From assembly GCA_963776345.1 (NCBI GenBank), contig CAVZMH010000012.1:1-64000 (forward strand): DNA of 64,000 nt, read 5' to 3'. Shown here in pieces: positions 19,015-28,954 of the stretch. The position numbers and the translations under genes were made by a program. This stretch comes from an uncultured delta proteobacterium. Lineage in GTDB: Bacteria > Myxococcota > Myxococcia > Myxococcales > Myxococcaceae. The notes below the pieces were generated by a model that made no database searches, was not told the DNA's origin, and saw only the letters and a list, made by a program, of their open reading frames with translations. Within the stretch, counting starts at the first letter, position 1. Each line of letters opens with the position of its first letter.

Positions 19015-19710
19015 TCAGGCCGGGAGCGACGTCCCGTGCTCCGAGCTTCCGAGGATCTGCCTGCTCGCCATGGACGCGCGCTCGAGCACCCGCTGGCGCG
19101 AGAACTCCAGCGTGGTGGCGAGCCGCACCAGCTCGGCCACCGAGCCCACCGACACCTTGCGCAGGATGGATGCGCGGTGAGCCTTCACCGTCCGCTCGGT
19201 GATCCCGAGCTCGGCGCCGACCTGCTTGTTCAGCCGACCGGTGATGAGCTGGTCGAAGACCTCGTGCTCCCGCACGGTGAGCCGATCGAGGCGCTGCCGG
19301 AGCTCCGACATGCGCGACCGGTTCAGCCGCTCCGAGTCGCTCCGGCCGATGGCCTCCTGCACCGCCCGGTGGAGGTCCCGGGGATCGACGGGTTTGCGGA
19401 GCACGTCCACCGCACCCGCTTTCAGCGCGCGCACCACCAGGGACATGGGAGGAGCACGGCCGAGGAGGACGACCGGGGTGCCCTCGCCGATCTCGGCCAG
19501 GAGATGGTCAAACTCGCGCCACGTCGGCCCGGTCCCATCCACGCCGCAGAGGAGGCACCCCAGGCCGGGGGCTGGACTGCACTCGGCGAGCGAGGGGAAC
19601 GCCTCGACCCGCAGGCCGAAGGACTCGATCAGCTGCTGCAGCGTGGCGCGCTCGCTCTCGTTGCGCTCGACGAGCTGCACGGTGGCTGTTCCCGGAGTCG
19701 CTGGAGTCAT
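19015..19710 (-). CDS. FixJ/LuxR-type regulator with degenerate receiver domain
   Basis: LTVREHEV...NKQVGAELGITERTVKAHRASI HTH; ALKAGAVDVLRKP; acidic pocket residues absent. Confidence 0.85.
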   Translation of the reverse strand: MTPATPGTATVQLVERNESERATLQQLIESFGLRVEAFPSLAECSPAPGLGCLLCGVDGTGPTWREFDHLLAEIGEGTPVVLLGRAPPMSLVVRALKAGAVDVLRKPVDPRDLHRAVQEAIGRSDSERLNRSRMSELRQRLDRLTVREHEVFDQLITGRLNKQVGAELGITERTVKAHRASILRKVSVGSVAELVRLATTLEFSRQRVLERASMASRQILGSSEHGTSLPA

Positions 19711-20064
19711 GGGATCTCCCCGCTGCCTTGCGTCTGGCTGTCACTACCTTCGCCGGTACGGCATTTCACTCCTGGTGGTCCCGCGCAACGTCCGCCGCCG
19801 CGGACCCCAGGCGCCCGACCGACGAGAAACCGAAAAGAAACATCGGGCACCGTCCTCGAAACACTGGTGTCACGGAAACGTCTCCCCCTCCTGCCTCGAC
19901 GGCGCAGCCCTCGCTCGCCCGCCCTCGGGCACGAGCTGCACCGACTTCCCACCCGGGAACCTTCGAGTGCTTTACGTCATCTGGTAAACATTAGCCACAC
20001 CAAGAGTCTTGCGATATCCGATTTACGCAACCGGGTCGTAGGGGCCGCCCGGGGGAGCCATCCG

Positions 20065-21108
20065 GTGCCAGGAGACCCTCTCCAGCGCTTTGCCACCTCG
20101 GACATCGACGAGTCGAACCGGCATCCGCCGCCGGGCTGGACCCAGGTGGTGTACCGGCTGGGCGGGGGCCCGTTCCGTCACCAGTTCGTCCGTGTCGACC
20201 TGGGCCGCGGGGTCGACGTGGAGCACGCGCGTTTCCTCGGAGCGACGCGCCTGGTGGGCACCCTGGCCGCCGACGCAGTCCACGTCCTCTTCCCCTACGG
20301 ACGCGACCTGCGCCTGAGCGGCGTCCCGGTCGGGCAGCGGCTGATGGTCATCTCCCCCCCGGCGGTCCAGTTCGAGGCGTCCACGCAGGTCGAGGGCGCC
20401 GGATTCGACATCGCCGCCCGCGGGCCCGCCTTCGCGGAGCTGCGAGAGGCGGGCGTCACCAGCAGCCCGCTGTTCACCCCGGGTCGAACGGCCGTGGTGC
20501 TGAATGAGACCCGGGCGGCCCAGGGTCTGCGCGCCCTGCTCGAGAGCTATTTCTCGCTCCTCGACCAGCGGCCGGACCTGGCGCTGGAGCCGCACCGGGT
20601 CGAGCGCGCACGCGAGGACCTGCTCGAGCTCCTCCGCCTGACCCTGCAGTCCGCGGTCGCGCCCGGGGAGGCCGAGCTGAGACCGCCCCACCCGCGTCGT
20701 CGCGAGCTGGCGATCTCCATCGAGGAGTGGCTCTGGCGCCAGATCGACGATCCGGCGGCTCCGGCGGTGACGCTCGCCGCCGCGGCCCGCGAGCTGAAGG
20801 TCTCGGTACGGAGCATCCAGCTCGCGGTCGAGGAGTACTTCGGGGTCAGCTTCGTTCACTTCGCTCGCCTCGCGCGCCTGCACCAGGTGCACGGTGCGCT
20901 GGTGCTCGGCCAGGTGAGCAACGTCTCCGAGGCCGCCACCCGCCACGGCTTCTGGCACCTGGGCCGATTCTCCCGCTACTACCGGGAGGTGTTCGGCCAG
21001 CCGCCGTCGCAGACGATCCGCGGCGTGCGCCGCCACGCCCCGATGAGCTCGGAGGTGCGCCGCACGCTGATGCGCCGGACGCTCGAGGCCCTCCGCGGCG
21101 AGCGCTGA
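20065..21108 (+). CDS. AraC-family (EutR-like) transcriptional regulator
   Basis: VSVRSIQLA; VSEAATRHGFWHLGRFSRYYREVFGQPPSQT; start chosen at GTG with GGGAG upstream (uncertain). Confidence 0.85.
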   Translation: MPGDPLQRFATSDIDESNRHPPPGWTQVVYRLGGGPFRHQFVRVDLGRGVDVEHARFLGATRLVGTLAADAVHVLFPYGRDLRLSGVPVGQRLMVISPPAVQFEASTQVEGAGFDIAARGPAFAELREAGVTSSPLFTPGRTAVVLNETRAAQGLRALLESYFSLLDQRPDLALEPHRVERAREDLLELLRLTLQSAVAPGEAELRPPHPRRRELAISIEEWLWRQIDDPAAPAVTLAAAARELKVSVRSIQLAVEEYFGVSFVHFARLARLHQVHGALVLGQVSNVSEAATRHGFWHLGRFSRYYREVFGQPPSQTIRGVRRHAPMSSEVRRTLMRRTLEALRGER

Positions 21109-21322
21109 CCAGCCTCACGGCGCCTCGAGACCCCGGGGCGCCGCATCGTGTCGACCCTCACCGACCATACTGGCATCGGCGCAAGATGCGCCACAGCAAC
21201 GGCACGGATGGGGACCCGTCTAGGTACTTTGGACGATTGCCCGGGGCGGGCGTTCCTGCGAGCGAGCGTGCTGGCGAAACGTCGGCCGGGAGAGGGCTGC
21301 TCGGCGGGGCGAGGGGAATGCC

Positions 21323-22708
21323 ATGAACGAGCGGACTGTGTCTGTGTCGTCCCGCCGGCGCCGGGGGCCCTCCCGGGGCTGGGCGGTGCTCCTCCTTCTC
21401 GCGACAGCGGGGGCCGCACGGGCGCAGGACTGGGCGCCCCTCCCACCCACGCTGCTCATCCCCAACTACGACCGGGTGTATCCCGGACTCATCGAGGCCC
21501 TGGAGGGCGGCGCGTTCGTCGCCCGGGCCCGGAGCGCTCCGGCGCTCTTCTACAACCCCGCCGGCATCTCCCTCGCCGAGCGCACGGTCCTGAATGCCAG
21601 CGCCCAGGGCTATCAGCTCACCACCCTGAGCGGCAGCGGCTTCCAGCAGTCCTCGGGGGGGGCCTTCGAGACCATGCCCAGCTTCCTGGGCCTGGTCCTC
21701 GGCAGGGAGGTCATCGACTGGGAGAGGGTCCGGATTGGCTTCGCCGTCGTCCACCCAGTTCACTCGAACCTGACTTTGGTCGCCAGCACCGTACCCGCCG
21801 AGGGGCAGCGGGCCTCGTACTCGGTCCACTCGAGCTTCGACACCCTGACTCCCACCTTCTCGGTGGGCTGGGCGGCGGCGCCCAGCTTCCGCCTCGGCGG
21901 CTCGATCGAGTTTCCCTACACCAGCCTCTCCAACACCGGGGAGCTGTCGGGTGAGAGCACCGACGCGACGAGCAGCCGGGCGACGCTGCGGACTCTCGCC
22001 GCGAGCGGATCGACGCTGCACGTCGTGGGGACGGTCGGGGTCCAGTGGGATCCGCTGACCTGGTTGAAGCTGGGTGCGCTGGTGCGCACGCCGGGGCTCA
22101 AGATCCTGGCCGGGGGCTCGTTCCAGTACGAGGCGCTCACCAATGCCTCCACCGGCACCCGGCAGGTCTTCTTCCAGGACCCCAGCCCCGACTTCCAGTA
22201 CAAGATGCCGCTCGAGGCGGCGCTGGGTGCGGCACTCGAGTTCGGGCCGGTCGCCTTCGAGATCGACCTGCGGTGGCACGACGGCACCGACACCTACGCC
22301 CTGTACAGCTCCACCAAGACGGCTCGCGTCACGGACACCACCACCGGGACCCCGGTCATCAGCGAGCTCGCCTTTCCAGGCGTGTCCTACCGCGCTCGCC
22401 AGGTCTGGAACGGGAGCGTCGGAGCGCACGTTGCGCTCTCGCAGTACTTCGTCATCAGCGCCGGGTCGTACCTCGATTACTCGCCGGTCGATCCAGCCAC
22501 TCCGGTGTTCCGGCGGGTGGACGTGTTCGGCTTCCGCGGCGGTGTGTCGTTCCGGATCGACAAGCTCTACGCGTCGGTGGGCGCCGGATGGGAGCACGGG
22601 ACAGGGAGCGACGACCTCGTCCCCTCGGGTCTACCCATCCCCGGAGAGGCATCCCAGCTCTCGCTCAACACCTTCACCCTGCTCTTCTCGGTGTCGTACA
22701 AGTTCTAG
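21323..22708 (+). CDS. FadL/OmpP1-like outer-membrane beta-barrel transporter
   Basis: Signal peptide; ALFYNPAGI motif; amphipathic strands; C-terminal SYKF. Confidence 0.75.
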   Translation: MNERTVSVSSRRRRGPSRGWAVLLLLATAGAARAQDWAPLPPTLLIPNYDRVYPGLIEALEGGAFVARARSAPALFYNPAGISLAERTVLNASAQGYQLTTLSGSGFQQSSGGAFETMPSFLGLVLGREVIDWERVRIGFAVVHPVHSNLTLVASTVPAEGQRASYSVHSSFDTLTPTFSVGWAAAPSFRLGGSIEFPYTSLSNTGELSGESTDATSSRATLRTLAASGSTLHVVGTVGVQWDPLTWLKLGALVRTPGLKILAGGSFQYEALTNASTGTRQVFFQDPSPDFQYKMPLEAALGAALEFGPVAFEIDLRWHDGTDTYALYSSTKTARVTDTTTGTPVISELAFPGVSYRARQVWNGSVGAHVALSQYFVISAGSYLDYSPVDPATPVFRRVDVFGFRGGVSFRIDKLYASVGAGWEHGTGSDDLVPSGLPIPGEASQLSLNTFTLLFSVSYKF

Positions 22709-22711
22709 CGC

Positions 22712-23143
22712 TCAGAGCGCCAGAGACACGCGCGCTCCGAACAGCCCGCCGGAGTTCAGGTATCCCCCCTCCGCTCCCACCCGGAGGATGCCGAGGTCGA
22801 GGCCGACGCCGCCGGTGGCGTGGAACCGGGCGGTCGGGTCGCGGGAGAAGAGGAACCACGCGCCCGCCTGCCCCTCCAGGTAGAAGCTGCCGAGGCCGAA
22901 GCGGACGACGAGATCCGCCGGGACTCCCGTGGAGTTGGGCGAGGTGACGTAGGCGAAGCCCACCCGCGGCCCGAGCTGGAAGCCCGGCAGGTCCCAGAAT
23001 TTCCCCAGGGTGACCGAGAACGCCGAGGAGTTCTCGGTCCAGTACGCGGCGGTGCCGGAGAGCTCGAAGCCTCCGGCCCGCACGGCGGACGACCAGAGGA
23101 CGGCCGTGAGGAGAGTGACGGCGCAGGGTGCGCGTCGGGACAT
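22712..23143 (-). CDS. Small outer-membrane beta-barrel protein
   Basis: Signal peptide ending VRA; about 8 short amphipathic strands. Confidence 0.7.
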   Translation of the reverse strand: MSRRAPCAVTLLTAVLWSSAVRAGGFELSGTAAYWTENSSAFSVTLGKFWDLPGFQLGPRVGFAYVTSPNSTGVPADLVVRFGLGSFYLEGQAGAWFLFSRDPTARFHATGGVGLDLGILRVGAEGGYLNSGGLFGARVSLAL

Positions 23144-23167
23144 GGGGTGGGGCCTCCGCCCCGCACC

Positions 23168-23490
23168 TTACTTCCCGTGCTTCTCCTTCTCCTTTTCCTC
23201 GTGCTTGGCCTTGTACTCGCCCTTGATCTTGTCCCACTCGGCCTGCTGATCGGGGGTCAGGACGTCACGCATCTTGCCGCGGTACTCCTTGACAGCGCCT
23301 CGGTCTTCTCGAACCTCTCCTCGATCAGCCCCCTGAGCTTCTCCTTCTGCTCGGGAGTGAGCTTCAACCGCTTGTCGATCTTCTGGAGCTCCGTCTTCAC
23401 CTTGGCCTTCACCTCGGCGGCCTCATCGGCGCGAACGGCGCCGGCGCCGAGGGCCACGGCGCAGACAACCCAGCGTGCAACGTTGTGCAT
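23168..23490 (-). pseudogene. Small periplasmic LTxxQ (Spy/CpxP-like) helical protein, frameshifted near 23292
   Basis: Signal peptide; LTPEQ; one missing base in ctg-tc-aag; then KEYRGKMRDVLTPDQQAEWDKIK...HGK*. Confidence 0.7.
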
Positions 23491-23742
23491 TGGATTCCCC
23501 ATCGTCCAGTGGGAGGGCGTCCGCGCCCCCGGGACCACCGGCCCCCGGGGAGCGTTGACCGGCGGGCTACACCGAGGGTGGCGGGGCGTGAATCGCACCA
23601 AGGTTCAATCAGCCCGGAATGCACCCCCATGTCATGGCCGATGCCGCAAGGCATGCGTGCCTGCCCGCGCGATGCCGCAGGGACTGCATCCGCGGATGGC
23701 CACCCGGGCCCCGCCGCCTCGATGGACAGGCCGTCCGGCCGA

Positions 23743-23758
23743 CGGCACGAAGCCTGCT
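23743..23758 (+). promoter_or_regulatory. Sigma54-type -24/-12 promoter
   Basis: CGGCACGAAGCCTGCT, exact GG-N10-GC spacing, about 30 bp upstream of the SCP2 start. Confidence 0.65.
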
Positions 23759-23789
23759 GCGGAACCTCCCCGGAGAGGTGGTGGGCGCG

Positions 23790-24230
23790 ATGGGACAGGG
23801 CATGCGATTCCGCGACCCGCAGGAATTCAAGGACGTCTTCGAGCACGTCTTCGTGCTCATGAACGAGCATCCCGAGGTGGGCCGCACGCTGCGTGACGCC
23901 CATGCACCCCACCGGTTCGTGTTCACCGACCTGGGGCTGGAGATGAACGTCACCGCCGCCTCGGACGGCGAGGAGCGGAACGGCCGGTACCTCCGGTGGG
24001 TGTGGGGCCCCGCCGACTGGAAGCCGTCCATCACGCTCACCATGTCCAGCGAGACCGCCAACCGCTTCTTCCAGGGGAAGGAGAACGTGGCGCTGGCGGT
24101 CGCGCTGGGCCGGGTGAAGGTCTCGGGTCCCATCGGGACCATCCTCCGCCTGGCCCCGGTGACCGGCGCCATCCACCCCGTGTACCGCCAGTGGCTGGAG
24201 CAGAGCGGCCACCGGCACCTCCTCGCCTGA
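23790..24230 (+). CDS. SCP2 sterol/lipid-binding domain protein
   Basis: ITLTMSSETANRFFQGKENVALAVALGRVKVSG signature. Confidence 0.85.
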   Translation: MGQGMRFRDPQEFKDVFEHVFVLMNEHPEVGRTLRDAHAPHRFVFTDLGLEMNVTAASDGEERNGRYLRWVWGPADWKPSITLTMSSETANRFFQGKENVALAVALGRVKVSGPIGTILRLAPVTGAIHPVYRQWLEQSGHRHLLA

Positions 24231-24235
24231 ACGCC

Positions 24236-25603
24236 ATGCGCACGCCACTCGCCAACGTCGACGCCGCGTGGCTGCGGATGGACGAGCCGAACAACCAGAT
24301 GGTGGTGACTGGCGTCCTCATCCTCGAGACGCCGGTGACGTCGCAGCGGGTCCGCACGCTGCTCCAGCGGCGCCTGCTGCGCTTCGAGCGCTTCCGGCAG
24401 CGGATCGTCCAGCCGCTGGCCGGCGTGGGACTCCCGTCCTGGGAAAAGGACCCGAACTTCTCGCTGGATCGACATCTGGTGGTCGAGCAGTTTCCCGCCG
24501 CGCTCGACGAGGAGGGCCTGCAGAGCTTCATCAGCGACCTGGCCAGCCGACCTTTCCCCCGACGCCGGCCGCCCTGGCAGATCCACGTCGTCCCGCACTT
24601 CGAGGGCGGCTCGGCGCTCGTCGTCCGGATCCATCACTGCGTCGCGGACGGCCTCGCGCTGGTCCACGTCCTGCTCTCGTTGGCGGACGGGGCGCCGGAG
24701 CTCGCGCTCGGCGGACCCGAGGAGCAGCCCATCCCCTCGCGCTGGGACGCGATCCGCTCGTCCCTCACCACCGCCACCCGGGCGCTCCCCGCCGGCGCCG
24801 AGCACCTCGGCTCTCTCGCCCGCCTGCTCCTGCTCCCTCCCGACCCGGTCACCCGCTTCAAGGGCGCGCTGGGGATGAAGAAGAAGCTGGTCTGGTCACG
24901 CCCGTACCGCCTGGATGACTTCAAGCGCGTGGGACGTGCCACCGGCTCCACGGTGAACGACGTGCTGATGGCAGCGCTCGCGGGCGCGCTCCGCCGCTAT
25001 CTCCTCGGCCACGGGGAGGTGCCACGGAAGCTCGACGTCCGCGGGGTGGTGCCGGTGAACCTCCGGCCGGCCAGCGAGGCGCATCTGCTGGGGAACCGCT
25101 TCGGGCTGGTCTTCCTCCAGCTGCCGCTCGGCATCGAACGTCCGGGGACGAGGCTCGCGGAGATCCGGCGGCGGATGCGGGCGCTCAAGGAGTCGCCGGG
25201 CGCGGCGGCCACCTTCGAGCTCCTGTGGGTGCTGGGCATGGCCCCCCGGGCGCTCTTCGATGCGGTGGTCGACCTCTTCGCCACCAAGGCCACCGCGGTG
25301 GTGACCAACGTCATCGGTCCCGGAAAGCCGATCTCCATCCTCGGCGCGCGCCTCCGCCAGGCGATGTTCTGGGTCCCCTGCGCCGGGCACCTCGGACTGG
25401 GTGTGAGCCTGCTCAGCTACGCCGGACGGGTCTGGGTGGGGGTCCACAGCGACGTGGGGCTCATCCCCGATCCAGAGCGGATCGTCTCGACGTTCGAGGA
25501 GGAGCTGGACGCGCTGGGCGTCGCACGGCCGTCGCAGAGGACCAAGCGCCGGAAGGTCCGCCACGCGCCCGCTGCACGTCGCAGATCCGCCCGGGCGCGC
25601 TGA
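24236..25603 (+). CDS. Wax ester synthase/diacylglycerol acyltransferase (WS/DGAT)
   Basis: DAAWLRMD, PPWQ, catalytic HHCVADG, TVNDV, PVNLR, GNRFG, VTNVIGP, SYAG. Confidence 0.93.
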   Translation: MRTPLANVDAAWLRMDEPNNQMVVTGVLILETPVTSQRVRTLLQRRLLRFERFRQRIVQPLAGVGLPSWEKDPNFSLDRHLVVEQFPAALDEEGLQSFISDLASRPFPRRRPPWQIHVVPHFEGGSALVVRIHHCVADGLALVHVLLSLADGAPELALGGPEEQPIPSRWDAIRSSLTTATRALPAGAEHLGSLARLLLLPPDPVTRFKGALGMKKKLVWSRPYRLDDFKRVGRATGSTVNDVLMAALAGALRRYLLGHGEVPRKLDVRGVVPVNLRPASEAHLLGNRFGLVFLQLPLGIERPGTRLAEIRRRMRALKESPGAAATFELLWVLGMAPRALFDAVVDLFATKATAVVTNVIGPGKPISILGARLRQAMFWVPCAGHLGLGVSLLSYAGRVWVGVHSDVGLIPDPERIVSTFEEELDALGVARPSQRTKRRKVRHAPAARRRSARAR

Positions 25604-25683
25604 CCGGCATCGCCTCGGGCGCGTCGCTGGCGTCCGGGGAGGCTGCGCGCGATGCTCGCGTCCTTCTCCAACGGAGGTCTCCG

Positions 25684-27822
25684 ATGGCCTCGCTCTCGCC
25701 TTGCACCACGCACGCCGAGGAGCCGCTCCGCGTCCGGCTGCCCGGGCCGCTGCAGCCGCTCGCCACGCTGGCCACCAACCTCTGGTGGTGCTGGCATCCC
25801 GAGGCTGCGGCGATCTTCCGGGCGGTGGATTCCGAGCGCTGGGACAGCTCGGGCCACAACCCGGTCAAGCTTCTCCGGGATGCGAGTCCGCTCCGTCTTG
25901 CCCAGGTGGCGCAAGACGCCGCGCTGGTGGGCCGGGTCGAGGCGCTCGTCCGGACCCTCGAGGCCGATCTGGCCAGGCCCTTCGGGTCGACGGCCGCCAC
26001 GCCCGAGCGGCCCATCGCCTTCCTCTGCGCCGAGTACGGACTCCATGCCTCCCTGCCCATCTACTCGGGTGGGCTCGGCGTGCTCGCCGGCGACGTGCTG
26101 AAGCAGGCGTCCGACGACGGCCTGCCGCTGGTCGGCGTGGGGCTGTTCTACCGCCGCGGGTTCTTCCACCAGCGGCTGGATCTCTCCGGCTGGCAGCACG
26201 AGTGGTGGAGCACGGCCGATCCCGAGGAGCTCCCGCTCCGGCTCGAGGTCGACGCGCGCGGCGAGCCGCGCCTGGTCGAGCTCACGCTGCGTGGCCACCC
26301 CGTGGTCGCGCAGATCTGGCACGCGCAGGTGGGACGGGTGCCGCTGTTCCTCCTCGACACCGACGTCCCGAGGAATCGCCCGGTGGACCGGTGGATCACC
26401 TCCACCCTCTACGTCGGAGACCGCACCTTCCGCGTCATGCAGTACGCGGTGCTGGCCATCGGTGGCCTGCGCGCCCTGCACGCGCTGGGCATCGAGCCGT
26501 CGATCGTCCATCTCAACGAGGGCCACGCCGCGCTCGCCGCGCTCGAGCTTGCCCGCGAGGGGGTGAGGTCGGGACTCCCCTTCGAGCGTGCGCTCGGCGA
26601 GGCGCGGCAGCGGGTGGTCTTCACCACCCACACGCCGATCGGCGCGGGGAACGAGCACTACGGACAGGACCAGATTCTCGAGCTCCTCGGTCACCTCCCC
26701 GGCGAGCTGGGCATCGACCCGGCCACCTTCCTCGCTCTCGCCCAGCCGCCCGACGGACCCTCGTTCGGGGTCACCGAGCTGGCCCTGCGCACCAGCCGCT
26801 CGGCGAACGGGGTCAGCGCGCTCCACGGCGAGGTGGCCCGCGGGATGTGGCAACAGCTCTGGCCCGGCAGGTCCCGGGCAGAGGTCCCAATTGTCCACGT
26901 GACCAACGGCGTGCACGCGCCCAGCTGGATCGCTCCGGAGCTCCAGACGCTGCTCGACCGGTGGCTTCCGTCCGGCTGGCGAGCCGGGGACCCGGGCGCC
27001 TGGGCCGCGGTGGAGGCCATCCCCGACGGGGAGCTGTGGGCCGTGCGCAACGCCCTTCGCCTTCGACTGGTCGAGTTCGTCCGCCGGAAGACCGTGGGCG
27101 ACCGGCTGGCGCGCGGCGAGCACATCCCCTACGTGGAGAGCGCGGCTCGGACCTTCGACCCCGAGGTGCTCACGCTCGGCTTCGCCCGACGGGTGGCCGC
27201 CTACAAGCGGCTGGACCTCCTGATCCGCGATCCACGTCGGGCGCTGGCGCTCCTCCATGGACCCCGACGGCTGCAGCTGGTCATCGCGGGGAAGGCGCAT
27301 CCTTCCGACGACGGAGCCAAGCGGCTGGTGCAGCGCATCTTCGAGCTGAAGGACGCAGCTGGCGCGACGGGGTACGTCGCGTTCCTCGAGGACTACGACC
27401 TCGATACGGCGCGGCAGCTGGTGGCGGGATGCGACGTGTGGCTCAACCTTCCCCGCCCTCCGCTCGAGGCGAGCGGGACCAGCGGGATGAAGGCCGCGCT
27501 CAACGGCGGGCTGAACCTGAGCGTCCTCGACGGCTGGTGGCCCGAGGCGTTCGACGGGAGCAACGGCTGGGCGATCGCCGCGGACGGGATCCAGGACGAG
27601 GAGGCCCGTGACGCGCGCGACGCGAACACGCTCTACGATCTCCTGGAGCGCGAGGTGGTTCCGTCCTTCCACGATCGGGACGCGGCGGGCGTTCCGGTGG
27701 CCTGGGTGCGGCGGATCAAGGCCTCGCTCCGGACGGCGGGGGCCAGGTTCACCACCGCGCGGATGATGTCCGAGTACGTCCAGCGGGTGTACGCGCCGCC
27801 AGACGCCTCGCGCCGGGGTTGA
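25684..27822 (+). CDS. glgP: Alpha-glucan (glycogen) phosphorylase
   Basis: YSGGLGVLAGD, HLNEGH, FTTHT, VTNGVH, ARRVAAYKR, EASGTSGMK (PLP Lys). Confidence 0.95.
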   Translation: MASLSPCTTHAEEPLRVRLPGPLQPLATLATNLWWCWHPEAAAIFRAVDSERWDSSGHNPVKLLRDASPLRLAQVAQDAALVGRVEALVRTLEADLARPFGSTAATPERPIAFLCAEYGLHASLPIYSGGLGVLAGDVLKQASDDGLPLVGVGLFYRRGFFHQRLDLSGWQHEWWSTADPEELPLRLEVDARGEPRLVELTLRGHPVVAQIWHAQVGRVPLFLLDTDVPRNRPVDRWITSTLYVGDRTFRVMQYAVLAIGGLRALHALGIEPSIVHLNEGHAALAALELAREGVRSGLPFERALGEARQRVVFTTHTPIGAGNEHYGQDQILELLGHLPGELGIDPATFLALAQPPDGPSFGVTELALRTSRSANGVSALHGEVARGMWQQLWPGRSRAEVPIVHVTNGVHAPSWIAPELQTLLDRWLPSGWRAGDPGAWAAVEAIPDGELWAVRNALRLRLVEFVRRKTVGDRLARGEHIPYVESAARTFDPEVLTLGFARRVAAYKRLDLLIRDPRRALALLHGPRRLQLVIAGKAHPSDDGAKRLVQRIFELKDAAGATGYVAFLEDYDLDTARQLVAGCDVWLNLPRPPLEASGTSGMKAALNGGLNLSVLDGWWPEAFDGSNGWAIAADGIQDEEARDARDANTLYDLLEREVVPSFHDRDAAGVPVAWVRRIKASLRTAGARFTTARMMSEYVQRVYAPPDASRRG

Positions 27823-27865
27823 GGGGCGAGCTAGGCGGCTCGTCCCGGCGCGCGCTCGAGGCGGC

Positions 27866-28876
27866 TCAGGCGCGGGCCATCCTCGGCACCGGGGCGAACA
27901 CCTGGACCGCCTCCCCCGCCCTGGCGATCGCCTCGAGGCTCTTGCGCGACAGCGCCCCGAACGTCTGGAAGTCGTGCACCTGGTCCTCCCAGACGTCGAG
28001 CGTCGCCTGGACGCCCGCGGCGCGGGCCCGGGCGGCGAAGGCCTCGGCGTCGTCCCGGAGCAGCTCGGCCCCTCCGGCCTGGAGGTAGATCGGCGGCAGC
28101 CCGCCCAGCTCGGCGTGCAGCGGCGAGAGCGCTGCGTCTCCGAGGTTCCGGCCCGGGGCATAACCGGCGGCGTCGCGCAGGAGCGCGGCCCGGTCGAGGA
28201 AGTCGACGTCCGCGTTCTCCGCGAAGGATCTGGCGGTGCAGCGGAGGTCGACCCACGGAGAGAAGAGGACGGCGCCCGCGGGCGGCGGCTCCCCGGCGTC
28301 GCGCAGCGCGAGCAGGAGCTCGAGGACCAGGTTGCCTCCTGCCGAGTCACCGGCGACCACCACCTGCTTCGGCGCGTATTCCACGAGCGCCGCGCGCCAG
28401 ACGGCGCGCACGTCCTCCAGCCCGGCCGGCCAGGGGTGCTCGGGCGCGAGCCGGTAGTCGACGGAGAGGATGCGCGCCCTGCTCGCCAGCGCCAGCCGCG
28501 CGAGCAGGTCCCGCAGCATCCGCGAGGAGCCGAGGGTGAACGCGCCGCCGTGGACGTAGAGCAGGAGGCGCGGCTCGGGGCCACTCCGCGGGGCGACCCA
28601 GGTGACCGGCACGCCCGCCATGCGCTCGCGCTTCCGGGTCGTCCGGAGCAGGGCGGCGGGGAGCAGCACCGGGACGGAGTCGATCTCGCGCCGCCGGGCC
28701 TCGGGCGGCAGCGCGTGGAGGCGCCGCCAGAACCCGCGGAGGAACATCGCCCGCGCCTCGTCGCCGATGCTCCACCTGGGCCGCCGAGGCGGCCGGACCG
28801 TGCGCCGTGCCGCGGTCACGAGCAGCGCAGCGGCGTAGCCGAGGGTCAGCCGGAGCCCGGTGAGAAGACGGTTCAT
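27866..28876 (-). CDS. HSL-family alpha/beta hydrolase (esterase/lipase)
   Basis: HGGAF, YRLAPEHP, GDSAGG, HDFQ. Confidence 0.92.
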   Translation of the reverse strand: MNRLLTGLRLTLGYAAALLVTAARRTVRPPRRPRWSIGDEARAMFLRGFWRRLHALPPEARRREIDSVPVLLPAALLRTTRKRERMAGVPVTWVAPRSGPEPRLLLYVHGGAFTLGSSRMLRDLLARLALASRARILSVDYRLAPEHPWPAGLEDVRAVWRAALVEYAPKQVVVAGDSAGGNLVLELLLALRDAGEPPPAGAVLFSPWVDLRCTARSFAENADVDFLDRAALLRDAAGYAPGRNLGDAALSPLHAELGGLPPIYLQAGGAELLRDDAEAFAARARAAGVQATLDVWEDQVHDFQTFGALSRKSLEAIARAGEAVQVFAPVPRMARA

Positions 28877-28954
28877 CGCTCCGCTCTCCTACACCCGCGC
28901 ATGCCGGCTCCTCTCGTCCCCCGACCGGTCGTCGATACAGTGAGTCGCCCGCCC

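Noticed and set aside
25417..28584. 1055-aa minus-strand ORF and similar long Arg/Pro/Gly-rich ORFs throughout
   Set aside because: Antisense or off-frame shadows of motif-supported genes, with no motifs of their own
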